A stretch of DNA of 64,000 bases from Mycobacteriales bacterium (GTDB lineage Bacteria > Actinomycetota > Actinomycetes > Mycobacteriales > CADCTP01): contig DATDKW010000340.1 of the NCBI GenBank assembly GCA_036519715.1, forward strand, positions 30,073-94,072, given 5' to 3'. Under the pieces are notes generated by a model. It was given only the letters and a program-made list of their open reading frames with translations. It was not told the DNA's origin and searched no databases. A program made the translations under genes and the position numbers. Position 1 is the stretch's first letter, and every line of letters begins with the position of its first letter. Shown here in pieces: positions 1-10,126 of the stretch.

Positions 1-1
1 C

Positions 2-1906
2 GGCACCGACGGCGCACCGGGCTCGCTGGCCGACTTCGACGAGTGCGACACGATCTTCGCCGTCGGCCACAACATCGCCGAGACGCACACGGTGCTGTGG
101 GCCCGCATCCTCGACCGGCTGCACGGCCCGGACCGGCCCCGGCTGGTCGTGGTGGACCCGCGCCGGACCAAGGTGGCCCGCGAGGCCGACGTGCACCTGC
201 CCATCCGCAACGGCACCAACCTCGCGCTGCTCAACGGGATCCAGCACGAGCTGATCGCGAACGGCTGGGTCGACCGCAGCTTCGTCGACGCGCACACCCT
301 CGGCTTCGAGGAGCTGGCCCAGATGGTGGCCGACTACCCGCCGGATCGGGTCGCCGAGATCTGCGGGGTCCCGGCCGACGACATCCGGGCCGCGGCCCGC
401 ATCATCGGCACCGGCCGGCGGCTGGTCTCCACCTGCCTGCAGGGGGTCTACCAGTCGCACCAGGCCACGGCGTCCGCCTGTCAGGTCAACAACATCACGC
501 TCCTGCGCGGGATGATCGGCAAGCCGGGCTGCAGCGTCTTCCAGATGAACGGGCAGCCGACCGCGCAGAACACCCGGGAGACCGGCGCCGACGGCGACTT
601 CATGGGCATGCGGAACTGGCAGAACCCCGACCACGTCGCCGAGCTGGCCCGCCTCTGGAACCTCGACCCGCTGCAGATACCGAGCTGGGCGCCGCCGACC
701 CACGTCATGCAGATCTTCCGGTACGCCGAGGAGGGCTCGATCCGCTTCCTCTGGATCGCCGCCACCAACCCGGCGGTGTCGCTGCCGGAGCTGCACCGGA
801 TCCGCTCGATCCTCGAGCAGGACCGGCTCTTCGTCGTCGTCAGCGACGCGTTCCTCACCGAGACCGCACAGCTCGCGGACGTGGTCCTGCCGGCGGCGAT
901 CTGGGGGGAGAAGACCGGCACGTTCACCAACCACGACCGCACCGTCCACCTCTCCCAGCAGGCGGTGGATCCGCCCGGTCAAGCCCGGCCGGACATGGAG
1001 ATCTTCCTCGACTACGCCCGGCGGCTGGGCCTGAAGGACGCCGACGGCGCCCCGCTGGTGAAGTGGCGGACGGCGGAGGAGTGTTTCCGGGCGTTCGCGG
1101 AGGCGACCCGGGGCCGCCCGTGCGACTACTCCGGGCTGTCGTACGACAAGCTGCGCGACAGCGGCGGGCTGCAGTGGCCCTGCACCGAGGAGCGTCCCGA
1201 GGGGACGGAGCGGCTCTACACCGACCACGTCTTCAACACCGACACCGACTACTGCGAGGACTACGGTCACGACCTGCTGACCGGGGCCAGTTTCGAGCGT
1301 AAGGACCACGCCGACCTCAACCCGGCCGGCCGGGCGATCCTCAAGGCTGCGAAGTACGTGCCGGCGCACGAGTCCCCGGACGAGGACTACCCCCTGCTGT
1401 TCACGACGGGACGCACGGCCTACCACTTCCACACCCGGACCAAGACCGGGCGGGCGCGGCAGCTGAAGGCCGCCGCCCCGGACGCCTGGGTCGAGGTCTC
1501 GCCCGTGGACGCCGAACGGCTCGGGATCGCCGAGGGGGATCTGGTCCGGGTGGAGTCGCCGCGGGGCCGGCTCGAGGCCAAGGCGCGGGTCACCGGCATC
1601 CGCGAGGGCGTGGTCTTCGCCCCCTTCCACTACGGCTACTGGGATGAGGCGACCGGGGACGGGCGCTCCGGAGCCGAGCCGGACGGTCATCCGCGGGCTG
1701 CGAACGAGCTGACCATCACCGACTGGGACCCGGTGTCGAAACAGCCCCTGGTCAAGATCGCGGCCGTCCGGGTGACCAAAGTCGCCGACTCCGACGGCAG
1801 CCCCGCGCCGGCACCGACGACGACCGCGTCCGAACCCATCGGAGCGGGCATGGCCAGGACCTCCGGCGGGATCGGGGTACGGGAGACGGTGCAGGAGGAG
1901 TCATGA
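2..1906 (+). CDS. Molybdopterin (MopB-family) oxidoreductase, catalytic subunit; 5' end lies outside the window
   Basis: The frame is open from base 2 (GTDGAPGSLADFDECDTIFAVGHNIAETHTVLW...). The internal and C-terminal blocks are typical of bis-MGD enzymes of the NasA/FdhA type (LLFTTGRTAYHFHTRTKTG, VEVSPVDAERLGIAEGDLVRVESPRGR, FAPFHYGYW). Third codon positions are strongly G/C. Confidence 0.85.
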   Translation, partial: GTDGAPGSLADFDECDTIFAVGHNIAETHTVLWARILDRLHGPDRPRLVVVDPRRTKVAREADVHLPIRNGTNLALLNGIQHELIANGWVDRSFVDAHTLGFEELAQMVADYPPDRVAEICGVPADDIRAAARIIGTGRRLVSTCLQGVYQSHQATASACQVNNITLLRGMIGKPGCSVFQMNGQPTAQNTRETGADGDFMGMRNWQNPDHVAELARLWNLDPLQIPSWAPPTHVMQIFRYAEEGSIRFLWIAATNPAVSLPELHRIRSILEQDRLFVVVSDAFLTETAQLADVVLPAAIWGEKTGTFTNHDRTVHLSQQAVDPPGQARPDMEIFLDYARRLGLKDADGAPLVKWRTAEECFRAFAEATRGRPCDYSGLSYDKLRDSGGLQWPCTEERPEGTERLYTDHVFNTDTDYCEDYGHDLLTGASFERKDHADLNPAGRAILKAAKYVPAHESPDEDYPLLFTTGRTAYHFHTRTKTGRARQLKAAAPDAWVEVSPVDAERLGIAEGDLVRVESPRGRLEAKARVTGIREGVVFAPFHYGYWDEATGDGRSGAEPDGHPRAANELTITDWDPVSKQPLVKIAAVRVTKVADSDGSPAPAPTTTASEPIGAGMARTSGGIGVRETVQEES

Positions 1907-2391
1907 AACTCGACACCGCCATCGAGGACGTCCAGGACGCCGAGGCGGGCTTCGCCAAGCGGCTCCGCGCGGTCGCGGAACGGCACGCGGCCGAGCACGA
2001 CCTCTACCACATGGGGCACACTCTGGCCCGCCAGTGCGCCGAGCACCTCGAGCGGCTCGCGCCGTTCGCGGACCGCTACGGTGCCTCCGCCCGCAGCGAC
2101 GATGTGGCCGAGTCGCCCGGCCTGCTGGAGACCGTCCGCCGCAAGAGCGGCGAGCTCCTCGGCCGCTCGGAATCGTCCGGGCTGCTCCTGCTCAAGGACC
2201 TCCGCTCGCTGTACCTCGCCGCCCAGGAGGTGGAGATCGCCTGGGTGATCCTCATCCAGGCGGCGAAGGCGGTGCGGGACCGGGAGCTGCTCGACGCGGC
2301 CAGCAGCTGCCACCAGGAAGCGGAGACCCGCGGCAAGTGGTTGCGGACCCGGATCAAGGAGGCCTCTCCGCAGGTCCTCGCCACCGGATAG
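1903..2391 (+). CDS. Hypothetical His/Glu-rich helical protein, translationally coupled to the Mo-oxidoreductase
   Basis: Its start overlaps the upstream stop in an ATGA at 1903-1906. Codon bias looks coding. I recognise no family. Confidence 0.55.
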   Translation: MKLDTAIEDVQDAEAGFAKRLRAVAERHAAEHDLYHMGHTLARQCAEHLERLAPFADRYGASARSDDVAESPGLLETVRRKSGELLGRSESSGLLLLKDLRSLYLAAQEVEIAWVILIQAAKAVRDRELLDAASSCHQEAETRGKWLRTRIKEASPQVLATG

Positions 2392-2407
2392 CCGGCCGCG
2401 GTGCGCG

Positions 2408-2428
2408 GACCGCCGACGGAAGGCGGTC
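2408..2428. terminator. Hairpin between convergent genes (candidate bidirectional terminator)
   Basis: GACCGCC-gacggaa-GGCGGTC forms a 7-bp perfect stem. It lies between the stop at 2391 (+) and the stop at 2431 (-). There is no U-tract. Confidence 0.35.
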
Positions 2429-2430
2429 AG

Positions 2431-4494
2431 TCAGCGGCGCGCCTCGTCCGGGACGGTCAGCAGCGACAGCCCTTGATGGGGTTCCAGCGCGACGGCGAAG
2501 CCGCGATCACGGTCGATCTCAGCGATCACCTGACCGGTGGACATGTCCATCACCTCGCCGCCCGGTGGCAGATGCTCCGACTCGATCCTGCCCGCGCCGG
2601 ACCGGGCGGCGAAGTTCAGCACGCTGACCTGCATCTGCCCGGTGGGCAGGCGATGGACCATCGCCAGCACGGCCTTGTCGGTCACGTCCGGAACGTCCAC
2701 CTGGACAGCCGAGGAGATGTCGTAGCGCGCCCGGACGCGCAGAAGGTCCCGCAGCTGGGACGCGAACGAGCTCGCGTCCTCCAGCTGCTGCGGCAGGGAT
2801 CCGTAGAGGCTCGCGCCGCGCGGCATGTCGGCCGGTGAGTGGGTGGCCCGCGGCTGATAGTTCATCAAGTCGTAGGCGGCCCGATGGATCCACCGGGTGT
2901 CTCCGGATTCGATCGACTTCCGGACCTCGGACCGGTCCAGGGTCAGCATTCCGCAGAGGTCCCATCCGGACAGTGCGAACACGCCGGGCTGCATCGCGTT
3001 GAACATCGCCAGGAGCAGGTGGGCCCGCCTGATCCGGTCGATCTGCGCCGGGGAGAGGTTCGTGATGTCGGAATAGCCCAGCGTCGCGGCGATGATCGTC
3101 GGGATCGTGCAGGCGATGCCGTTCGTCGTGAAGATGGCGTTGTACGGCGCCGCCTCTCCGGTGAGTCGTTCGGCCAGCTCGCTGCGGATGGTGACCGCGA
3201 GCTGTTCGCCGGTCAGCTCCGCATCGCGGAACCTGAAGAGATCGTCCTTGTGCGCGATGGAGAAGTGCACGAGCTCGTAGGTCATCTCGTCGTGGTTCTG
3301 CAGCGCGTGCACGAGACGGACAGGTTGGAGGCCGTACTGCAGGGCCGACCTCAGCGTCAGCCGCAGGAACTCGGTGTCGCCGGTGGCGAAGGCGTGGACG
3401 TAGGCCGGGCGGTTGACGAAGTCGTAGGAGAGATCAGCGCCGCGTTCGGACGTCTTCTTGATGTCGTCGATCGAGAGGTTCAGCTCCTGGAAGGTGAACT
3501 TCCCGACTTTCCGGACCATGCTGGCGATCACCTGGTTGACGGCCTCCGAGAGCGGATGTCCCTCGGACCAGGCCGGGGCCTCCCCGTCGCTCTTCTCCAC
3601 TCCGAGGAAGCCGTTCGCATCCAGCCTCAGCGCTCCGGCGCCGAGGTGACCGAGTGAGTGCAGCGCATCCCCGATGACCAGCCGCATCCCGGCGAACGTC
3701 GGATCCAGCCAGTTGATCGACGGCTGACCATCCTTGAAGTAGTGCAGGTAGACCCAACGCCGCTCGATCCCGTCCGGGCCGGTGACCGGTGCGGTCGCAC
3801 TCCAATTGGTGTCCTTGACACCCGGCTCTTCGAAGATCACCCGTTGCAGCCGCCCGACGATGTGACCGGCCCGCTCCAACCGGTCCTCGGTCTCACGATC
3901 GAGGTTGACCGAGTCCTTGCCGGCCGGCACCTCGGGCAGCAGGTGCCAGTCGCTCGGCGGGATCTCCACCATGTGGTAGATGCCGGGGTAGTCGCCGACC
4001 TTCATCTCCGCCAACCGGAAGTCGGCACCCTTGCCGGTGTGGCCGGGCACGATGTCGTCGATGACGATCGCACCGTACGTAGCGGCGACCTCGCACATGC
4101 GGCGGAATTCCGCCTCGGTGCCGAACATCCCGTCGATCCGCGTGCTTATCCGGTCGAAGTGCCCGTCAACACTGGGGGTCATTTCCCGACCCAGCACACC
4201 ACCCGCCCGCTTCAACGGCCCGGTGTGCATCGCGGTGATACCGATCGCCGCGAACGTGCGCCACAGATCCTCGTCGGCCAACGTGCCCAGCAACGAGCAG
4301 CCGGGCTTGGTGATCATCGACGTGGGATAGGCGGTGAACCAGACCGAGGACTTTCCTGTCGCCGCGCCGGGGTTGGGGGTGGCGTACGGGCTCTGCCACA
4401 CGCTGCCGATGCCGGAGAACTGGCCGGCTATCCGGCTGGCGTCGGCCAGCATGGACTCCTTTTGGAGCCAACGGACGTAGTCCTCGTCTACCAC
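2431..4494 (-). CDS. GH13 (alpha-amylase superfamily) glycoside hydrolase/transferase
   Basis: GH13-like conserved regions are present: [12 protein letters not shown] (region I-like), [14 protein letters not shown] (region II with the catalytic Asp), [14 protein letters not shown] (region IV NHD). The specific subfamily cannot be determined by eye. Confidence 0.75.
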   Translation of the reverse strand: MVDEDYVRWLQKESMLADASRIAGQFSGIGSVWQSPYATPNPGAATGKSSVWFTAYPTSMITKPGCSLLGTLADEDLWRTFAAIGITAMHTGPLKRAGGVLGREMTPSVDGHFDRISTRIDGMFGTEAEFRRMCEVAATYGAIVIDDIVPGHTGKGADFRLAEMKVGDYPGIYHMVEIPPSDWHLLPEVPAGKDSVNLDRETEDRLERAGHIVGRLQRVIFEEPGVKDTNWSATAPVTGPDGIERRWVYLHYFKDGQPSINWLDPTFAGMRLVIGDALHSLGHLGAGALRLDANGFLGVEKSDGEAPAWSEGHPLSEAVNQVIASMVRKVGKFTFQELNLSIDDIKKTSERGADLSYDFVNRPAYVHAFATGDTEFLRLTLRSALQYGLQPVRLVHALQNHDEMTYELVHFSIAHKDDLFRFRDAELTGEQLAVTIRSELAERLTGEAAPYNAIFTTNGIACTIPTIIAATLGYSDITNLSPAQIDRIRRAHLLLAMFNAMQPGVFALSGWDLCGMLTLDRSEVRKSIESGDTRWIHRAAYDLMNYQPRATHSPADMPRGASLYGSLPQQLEDASSFASQLRDLLRVRARYDISSAVQVDVPDVTDKAVLAMVHRLPTGQMQVSVLNFAARSGAGRIESEHLPPGGEVMDMSTGQVIAEIDRDRGFAVALEPHQGLSLLTVPDEARR

Positions 4495-4539
4495 GGGCTT
4501 TCACCATCGTCTCGGGAGGTTGTGGCCGGAGGCCGGTGG

Positions 4540-5343
4540 CTAAGCCCACCAGGAGGTGGCCCAGGTGATCGAGGCCAGGGCCGCCTGGCCGGAGAGGCTG
4601 GGGTGGAAGTAGTCCAGCTTGCTGACCTGGCTCCTGGAGAACGGGTAGTTGTAGACGGCGTTCCCGTCGAACCTGCAGTTGGCGTACGCGGCGCACTCCT
4701 GCGCGAGGACGGTGTTGAAGGCGATGTTGCGATCCCGGACCATCGCCCGCTGGGTGGACGTGTTCCACAGGGACAGCAGGGACTGGCAGATGCCGGCGGC
4801 GGCCCACACCGACTGAGCGGTCAGGTCGTACCGGTACAGCTCCCACAGGTGGTACACGTTCGGGATGCTCGCGACGAAGATCCGAGCGTCGGGCGCTCCG
4901 GACCTGAGGGTGGCCAGCGTCTGCCGGAACTGGTCCCGGAACGTGGTCACGGAGGTCATGGTGGCGGCCGAGGACGTGCAGAGGTCGTTGGCGCCCATCA
5001 GGATCGTCACGTACCGGGCACCCTGACCGACGGCGCGGGAGGCCTGACCCGGGGCGTCGCTCATCCGGGCTCCGGACACCGCGTCGTTGTACGCGACCAC
5101 CGAGGGACTGGCGGCACGGATCCGCTCGTAGTGGCTGGTCACGCCGTCCCAGCTCGCGCCTCCGGTGCTCCACGAGTCGGCCGGGTGATTGCCGTACCAG
5201 CAGCAGACGTCGACGGCCTGGGTGATCGAGTCCCCGATGGCCGCCATGCTGCTCGGCAACGGCGCAGCAGCGGCGGTTCCTACGCCGGGGCCGGCGACGA
5301 CCGACACCAGCGCGAGGGTTGCCGCGATGATCCATCTACGCAT
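4540..5343 (-). CDS. Secreted SGNH/GDSL-family hydrolase
   Basis: It has an N-terminal signal peptide (MRRWIIAATLALVSVVAGPGVGTAAA), the block I motif AIGDSIT, GANDL, and a C-terminal DYFHPS (DxxH). Confidence 0.85.
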   Translation of the reverse strand: MRRWIIAATLALVSVVAGPGVGTAAAAPLPSSMAAIGDSITQAVDVCCWYGNHPADSWSTGGASWDGVTSHYERIRAASPSVVAYNDAVSGARMSDAPGQASRAVGQGARYVTILMGANDLCTSSAATMTSVTTFRDQFRQTLATLRSGAPDARIFVASIPNVYHLWELYRYDLTAQSVWAAAGICQSLLSLWNTSTQRAMVRDRNIAFNTVLAQECAAYANCRFDGNAVYNYPFSRSQVSKLDYFHPSLSGQAALASITWATSWWA

Positions 5344-5344
5344 G

Positions 5345-6466
5345 TCACGCTCCGCTCTCGCTCCGGGCCGCTGACGGCAAGCTCGCCCCCTGGCTCTCGG
5401 GGGAACAGCTCTCGCACCGAGCCGCCTGTCCTTGAGTAGCGGGCCGGGGTGGCGGGATGACGCCGCGATCGTTGTCGGCGGAGGGAGAGCCGGCCGAACC
5501 GGAGCCAGGCCACAGCGCCAGCTGCCGGTCGCCGTTCGTCGGTTCCGGGGTGCCGGCGCGAACGGCCTCGATCTGCGCGCAGAAGGCCGCCCCGAACAGC
5601 AGCGCCACCGCGGTGAGGTTGGCCCAGATCAGCAGGGCGAGCACGCTGGTCAGCGGTCCGTAGGTGGATCGAAAGGTGTCGGTCTTGGCCACGTACGCGG
5701 CCAGCAGGGCGGTGGCCATCAGCCACAGAACGATCGCGATGGCGCCGCCGGCCGCCAGCCACGGGAAGGTGGGCTGCCGGCGGTGGGGTGCGCGCGCGAG
5801 CAGGACCGTGTAGGACACCCAGGTCAGCAGCAGTCCCAGCGGCCACCGCAGCAGCGGCCACCAGCCCGCCATCTCGTCGCTCCAGTGGTAGGTCGCGGCG
5901 ACGGCGTCACCGATGGCGCCACCTGCGACCAGGAGCAGGAAGCCGAGCAGGGCCGGCAGTCCCGCGGTGAGCGCGAGGAGCAGGGCACGGCCGTACTTGG
6001 CCGGCGTCGGGCGGTCCTGCTGGATGCCGTAGATGCGGTTGGCGCCCCGCTCGACCTGGGCCATTGCGGTGGTCAGGGAGACCAGCGCGGCCGCCAGGCC
6101 GAGCCACAGCGCGAGCTGGCCGGACTCCCCGGGGCGGTTCTGTGTCTGGCGGACCACCTCGTCGACGACGTCACCCTGTCCCGGCGTCAGGCTGAGGACG
6201 ACCCGGCCGGTGATCGCGCCGACCGCCCGATGGTCCGACGCGGTGGCCAGCCCGATGAGCGCGATCGCCAGCGGGATGAGCGACAGGCAGGTGTGCAGCG
6301 CCAGCGCGCGGGCGTGGCTGAACCCGTCGCCGTACCGGAACCGGAGGAAGGCGTCCCGCAGCAGCTGCCACGGACCGGCCCGCCGCAACGTCGCCAGCGC
6401 CCGGTCCGTCGAGAACTCCTGTCCGGGCATCAGCGCGGTCTCCGGCACCGGCGCCGCGGTGCTCAC
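5345..6466 (-). CDS. YihY/BrkB-family inner membrane protein
   Basis: The N-terminal block LLRDAFLRFRYGDGFSHARALALHTCLSLIPLAIALIGL is followed by multiple hydrophobic helices. Its stop lies 1 nt upstream of the SGNH start, so the two are probably an operon. Confidence 0.8.
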   Translation of the reverse strand: MSTAAPVPETALMPGQEFSTDRALATLRRAGPWQLLRDAFLRFRYGDGFSHARALALHTCLSLIPLAIALIGLATASDHRAVGAITGRVVLSLTPGQGDVVDEVVRQTQNRPGESGQLALWLGLAAALVSLTTAMAQVERGANRIYGIQQDRPTPAKYGRALLLALTAGLPALLGFLLLVAGGAIGDAVAATYHWSDEMAGWWPLLRWPLGLLLTWVSYTVLLARAPHRRQPTFPWLAAGGAIAIVLWLMATALLAAYVAKTDTFRSTYGPLTSVLALLIWANLTAVALLFGAAFCAQIEAVRAGTPEPTNGDRQLALWPGSGSAGSPSADNDRGVIPPPRPATQGQAARCESCSPESQGASLPSAARSESGA

Positions 6467-6851
6467 CTGCGCTCACAACGGGCGGCCGGGTCCGCCTCGG
6501 CCTGAACCCGCGGCACGCCCTCACACCTGTCCGTCAGAGCGTGGGGTCGTCGTAGGTCCGGCGTTCCTCGACGACCTCCGATACCCATCTGTGCCTCCGG
6601 ACAGCGAAGCCGCCCCACGCGGCCCGCCGAAGTCCAGATACCCACCTGAGTCGCTCCGCAGTCGCCGCCGGCCGGTCACTCGATCACATCGCGACGGAGA
6701 TGCTCGGCCTCGACGAGCCGACACCGTACGGCCCGTAGGGCAGCCAGCTGCCATTGCGCAAGGCCCTCGCCACCGGACAGCAGCGGAATCCGCGCGGCCC
6801 GCATCGCGCGCGACCGGCCCGACTGCCCCGACCGGCCGATAACATCTGTCC

Positions 6852-9800
6852 ATGCAGGTCACGGTGCGCCTGCTGGGCGACTTCGCCGTCGTCGTCGACG
6901 GCGTGGGCACCCCGTCGGCCCGGTGGAGCGGTCGGCAGCCGGCCGCTCTGGTGAAGGTGCTGGCGCTCTCGCCCGGGGGCCGGCTGCACCGGGACCGGGT
7001 CGTCGATGCCCTGTGGCCGGACTTGTCCGTCGAGGCCGCCCTTCCCCGGCTGCACAAGGCGGCGCACTACGCGCGGCGTGCCCTGCAGCGCAAGGACGCC
7101 GTCGTGCTCAAGGACGAGGTCGTCGCCCTCTTCCCCGACGCCGAACTCGAGGTCGACGTGACCCGGTTCGAGGCCGCCGCCGCCGCGGCCCTCTCGGCCG
7201 TGCCGGTGTCGCCGGAGCACTGTGCCGAGGCGCTGGCGCTCGGCGGTGAGCTGCTGCCGGACGACCTGACCGAGCCGTGGGTGTCCGAGTCCCGGGAGCG
7301 GCTCCGGTTGCAGATCTCGCGGCTGCTGCGGGGCGCCGGCCGCTGGGAGGAGCTGCTGCGGCTCGACCCGGTGAACGAGGAGGCCCATCTCGCGCTGATG
7401 CGCGAGGCGGTGGCCCGGGGCGACCGGTCCGAGGCGCTGCGCCGCTACGCGCGGATGGAACAGGTGCTGGCCGACGAGCTTGGCCTCGGGCCCGGCCTCG
7501 AGGCGGTCGCCCTGCGCCGGGAGCTGATGGCTCCGGGTCCCGCGGAACCGATCCAGCCTCCCGGCGCCGGGCCGGCCGGCCGGACCCTGGACCGTGCCGG
7601 CCTGGTCGAGCGCGACGCCGAGCTCGGTGCCCTGGAGACGGCGGTCCGCGCGGCGCTCCGGGACCGGCGGGGAGTCGTCGTACTCGTCTCGGGGGAGGCG
7701 GGCGCGGGGAAGTCGACCTTGGTGCGCGCCCTCCTCGACCGGCTCCGGGACGAGGTGACGGCGGTCGCCGGCGGCTGCGACGACCTGCTCGCACCGCGCA
7801 GCCTCGGCCCCTTCCGCGACATGGCCGAGGACGACCCGGCACTGGCGCGCGCCCTCGCCGGGCGGACCGACGAGGCGTTGCCGGCGCTGCTGCAGGTGAT
7901 CGCCGGCCGGCCGTCGGTCGTCGTGGTGGAGGACGTCCACTGGGCCGACGACGCGACCCTGGACGCGGTCCGCTACCTCGCCCGCCGGATGGCGGCGGTG
8001 CCGGCCGCGCTGGTGCTCACCTTCCGGGACACCGGGGTGGACGCCGACCACCCGCTGCGGCAGGTCCTCGGCTCCCTGTCCGGCCCCGGCGTGCTGCGTC
8101 TCGCCCTCGCCCCGCTCAGCGTGGCGGCGGTACGCCGGCTGGGCGCCGGGTCGCAGCAGGAGGCGGTCGAGATCCACCGCGTCACTGAGGGGAACCCGTT
8201 CTTCGTCACCGAGGTGCTCGCCGCCGGCCCCGGCGCGGGCGTCCCGGCCACGGTCCGCGACGCCGTGCTGGCCCGGCTCGGCCGGCTCCCGCAGGCCGTC
8301 CGGACCCTGCTGGAGCGGCTGTCGGTCGTCCCGACCCGGGCGGAACGGTGGCTGGCGGAGACGCTGGCCGGGGGCGACCCGGAGGTGCTCGTGGCGGCCG
8401 AGCGGTCAGGGATGATCCTCGGCGGCGTCGGGTCGGTGTCGTTCCGGCACGAGCTCGCCCGCCGGGCGATCGAGTCCTCGCTCGTGGCCGGGGAGCGGAT
8501 GCGGGCCAACCGCCAGGTCCTGGACGCCCTGCTGGCCCGAGCCGGCGAGGACCCGGTCCGACTCGTGCACCACGCGGAGCGCTCCGGCCAGGTCGAGGTG
8601 CTGCTCGAGTACGGGCCGCGCGTGGCCCGGGAAGCGGCCCGGTCCGGCGCGCACCGGCAGGCGACCGACGTGCTCGGCGTCCTGCTGGAGCACCGGGACC
8701 GGCTCGCCGCGGGGGAGGTGGCGGACCTGACGACCCGCCGGGCGTACTCGTTCTACGCCGTCAACGACTTCGACGCCGCCCTGGGATGTGCGCAGTCCGC
8801 GGTCGCGGCGGCCGAGGAGGCCGCCGACCCGGCCCTGCTCGCCGACGCGCTGCTGGTCCTCGCCCGGGTCGCCCTGTTCGCCTGCGGGCCGGCTCGCTCG
8901 CGTGCGGCGGCCGAGCGCGCCGTGCGGGTCCTCGTGCCGGTGCGGGACGAGGCCCGGCTGGCTGAGGCGTTCGTCGAGCTGGCCCGCGCGCACAGCAACT
9001 TGGCGACCGTGGCCGTGGTGGCCGAGCCGAGCGGGCAGGAGGAGGCGAACGCCGAGCGGGCGCTGGCGATCGGGGAACGCCTGGGCCGACCGGACATCTG
9101 CTGGCGGGCGCTCTGCTACCGCGGAGATGCCCGGGTGGCCAGGGGCGACCTCCACGGGTACGAGGACCTGCGGCGAGCCGTCGCGCTGACGGACGCGGAC
9201 CACTCGGTGGACCAGCGGGTGCGCAGTTACGTCAACGCCGCGGGTGCGGCGTACCGCGGGGGCCGGCTGGACGACGCCGAGGCGCTGGTCGCCGCCGGAC
9301 TGCGGGCGGCCGCGGACGGCGAGTTCGTCGCCGGGCAGTACCGGCTCCGGCTCACCGGGGCCGCCGTCCGCGCGTGCCGGGGCGACTGGGATGCCGCCAT
9401 CGAGGACCTGCGCGCCCTGCTGAGCGGTCCGGGCGAGCCGGGAGTCATGGCCGCGCTGGCCCGCAGCCTGCTCGCCCGGCTGCTCGCCCGCCGCGGCGAC
9501 CCGGCGGCCCGGGAGGTCCTCACGGCCGCGGCGCAGGAGTGGGCCGGAGCTGACGACAGCGCCGTCGCCGGACCCCTCGCGGTGGCCGAGGTCGAGCTGG
9601 GCTGGCTGGACGGCTCGCTGGGATCGCTCAGCGGGTCGGCCCGGCGGGCGCTCGACCTCGCTGCCCGGTCCGAACACCTGTCCGTCCAGGCGGAGCTGTG
9701 CGTGTACCTGCGCCGGGCCGGGGTCGAGGTGATGGGACCGGCGAACGCTCCCGGACCGTGGGCGCCGACCCTCGCCGGCCGATGGGCGGAGGCCGTCGCC

Positions 9801-9932
9801 CGCTGGGCGGCCCTCGGCGAGCGCTACGAGCAGGCGGTCGTGCTGGCCACCGCACCCGACTCCGGCGCCCGCGAGCAGGGGACCGCCTTGCTCCGGCAGC
9901 TCGGTGCCCGGGGCACCCTGCAAGCGGTCTGA
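6852..9932 (+). CDS. SARP/AfsR-family transcriptional regulator (winged-helix + BTAD + P-loop NTPase + TPR-like C-terminus)
   Basis: The N-terminus VRLLGDFAVVVDG...RQPAALVKVLAL...RDRVVDALWPD is followed by a BTAD block (EEAHLALMREAVARGDRSEALRRYARMEQVLADELGLGP), Walker A VSGEAGAGKST, and Walker B VVVVEDVHWADDATLD. Confidence 0.85.
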   Translation: MQVTVRLLGDFAVVVDGVGTPSARWSGRQPAALVKVLALSPGGRLHRDRVVDALWPDLSVEAALPRLHKAAHYARRALQRKDAVVLKDEVVALFPDAELEVDVTRFEAAAAAALSAVPVSPEHCAEALALGGELLPDDLTEPWVSESRERLRLQISRLLRGAGRWEELLRLDPVNEEAHLALMREAVARGDRSEALRRYARMEQVLADELGLGPGLEAVALRRELMAPGPAEPIQPPGAGPAGRTLDRAGLVERDAELGALETAVRAALRDRRGVVVLVSGEAGAGKSTLVRALLDRLRDEVTAVAGGCDDLLAPRSLGPFRDMAEDDPALARALAGRTDEALPALLQVIAGRPSVVVVEDVHWADDATLDAVRYLARRMAAVPAALVLTFRDTGVDADHPLRQVLGSLSGPGVLRLALAPLSVAAVRRLGAGSQQEAVEIHRVTEGNPFFVTEVLAAGPGAGVPATVRDAVLARLGRLPQAVRTLLERLSVVPTRAERWLAETLAGGDPEVLVAAERSGMILGGVGSVSFRHELARRAIESSLVAGERMRANRQVLDALLARAGEDPVRLVHHAERSGQVEVLLEYGPRVAREAARSGAHRQATDVLGVLLEHRDRLAAGEVADLTTRRAYSFYAVNDFDAALGCAQSAVAAAEEAADPALLADALLVLARVALFACGPARSRAAAERAVRVLVPVRDEARLAEAFVELARAHSNLATVAVVAEPSGQEEANAERALAIGERLGRPDICWRALCYRGDARVARGDLHGYEDLRRAVALTDADHSVDQRVRSYVNAAGAAYRGGRLDDAEALVAAGLRAAADGEFVAGQYRLRLTGAAVRACRGDWDAAIEDLRALLSGPGEPGVMAALARSLLARLLARRGDPAAREVLTAAAQEWAGADDSAVAGPLAVAEVELGWLDGSLGSLSGSARRALDLAARSEHLSVQAELCVYLRRAGVEVMGPANAPGPWAPTLAGRWAEAVARWAALGERYEQAVVLATAPDSGAREQGTALLRQLGARGTLQAV

Positions 9933-10126
9933 CCACGACCGGCCGCACGGTGTCCCGTCGGCGCCGGCGTGCTGGACGCCTACGAGGCCGAGCCGCCGCC
10001 GGTTCGTACCGCCATGACGACGTGTCGGGGTCCGCCAGGACCTCACTCCGCGTCCCGCGGCAGAGCCGAAGCGTCCGGCCATTCGGGACCTTCGACCCTC
10101 GGCCCGATCGGCTGGCGCCGTTGACG

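Noticed and set aside
9698-10126. A 143-codon N-terminal extension of the narK ORF
   Set aside because: The extension is Arg/Pro/Gly-rich and lacks transmembrane character. MFS homology begins only after about 10200, so internal starts are preferred.
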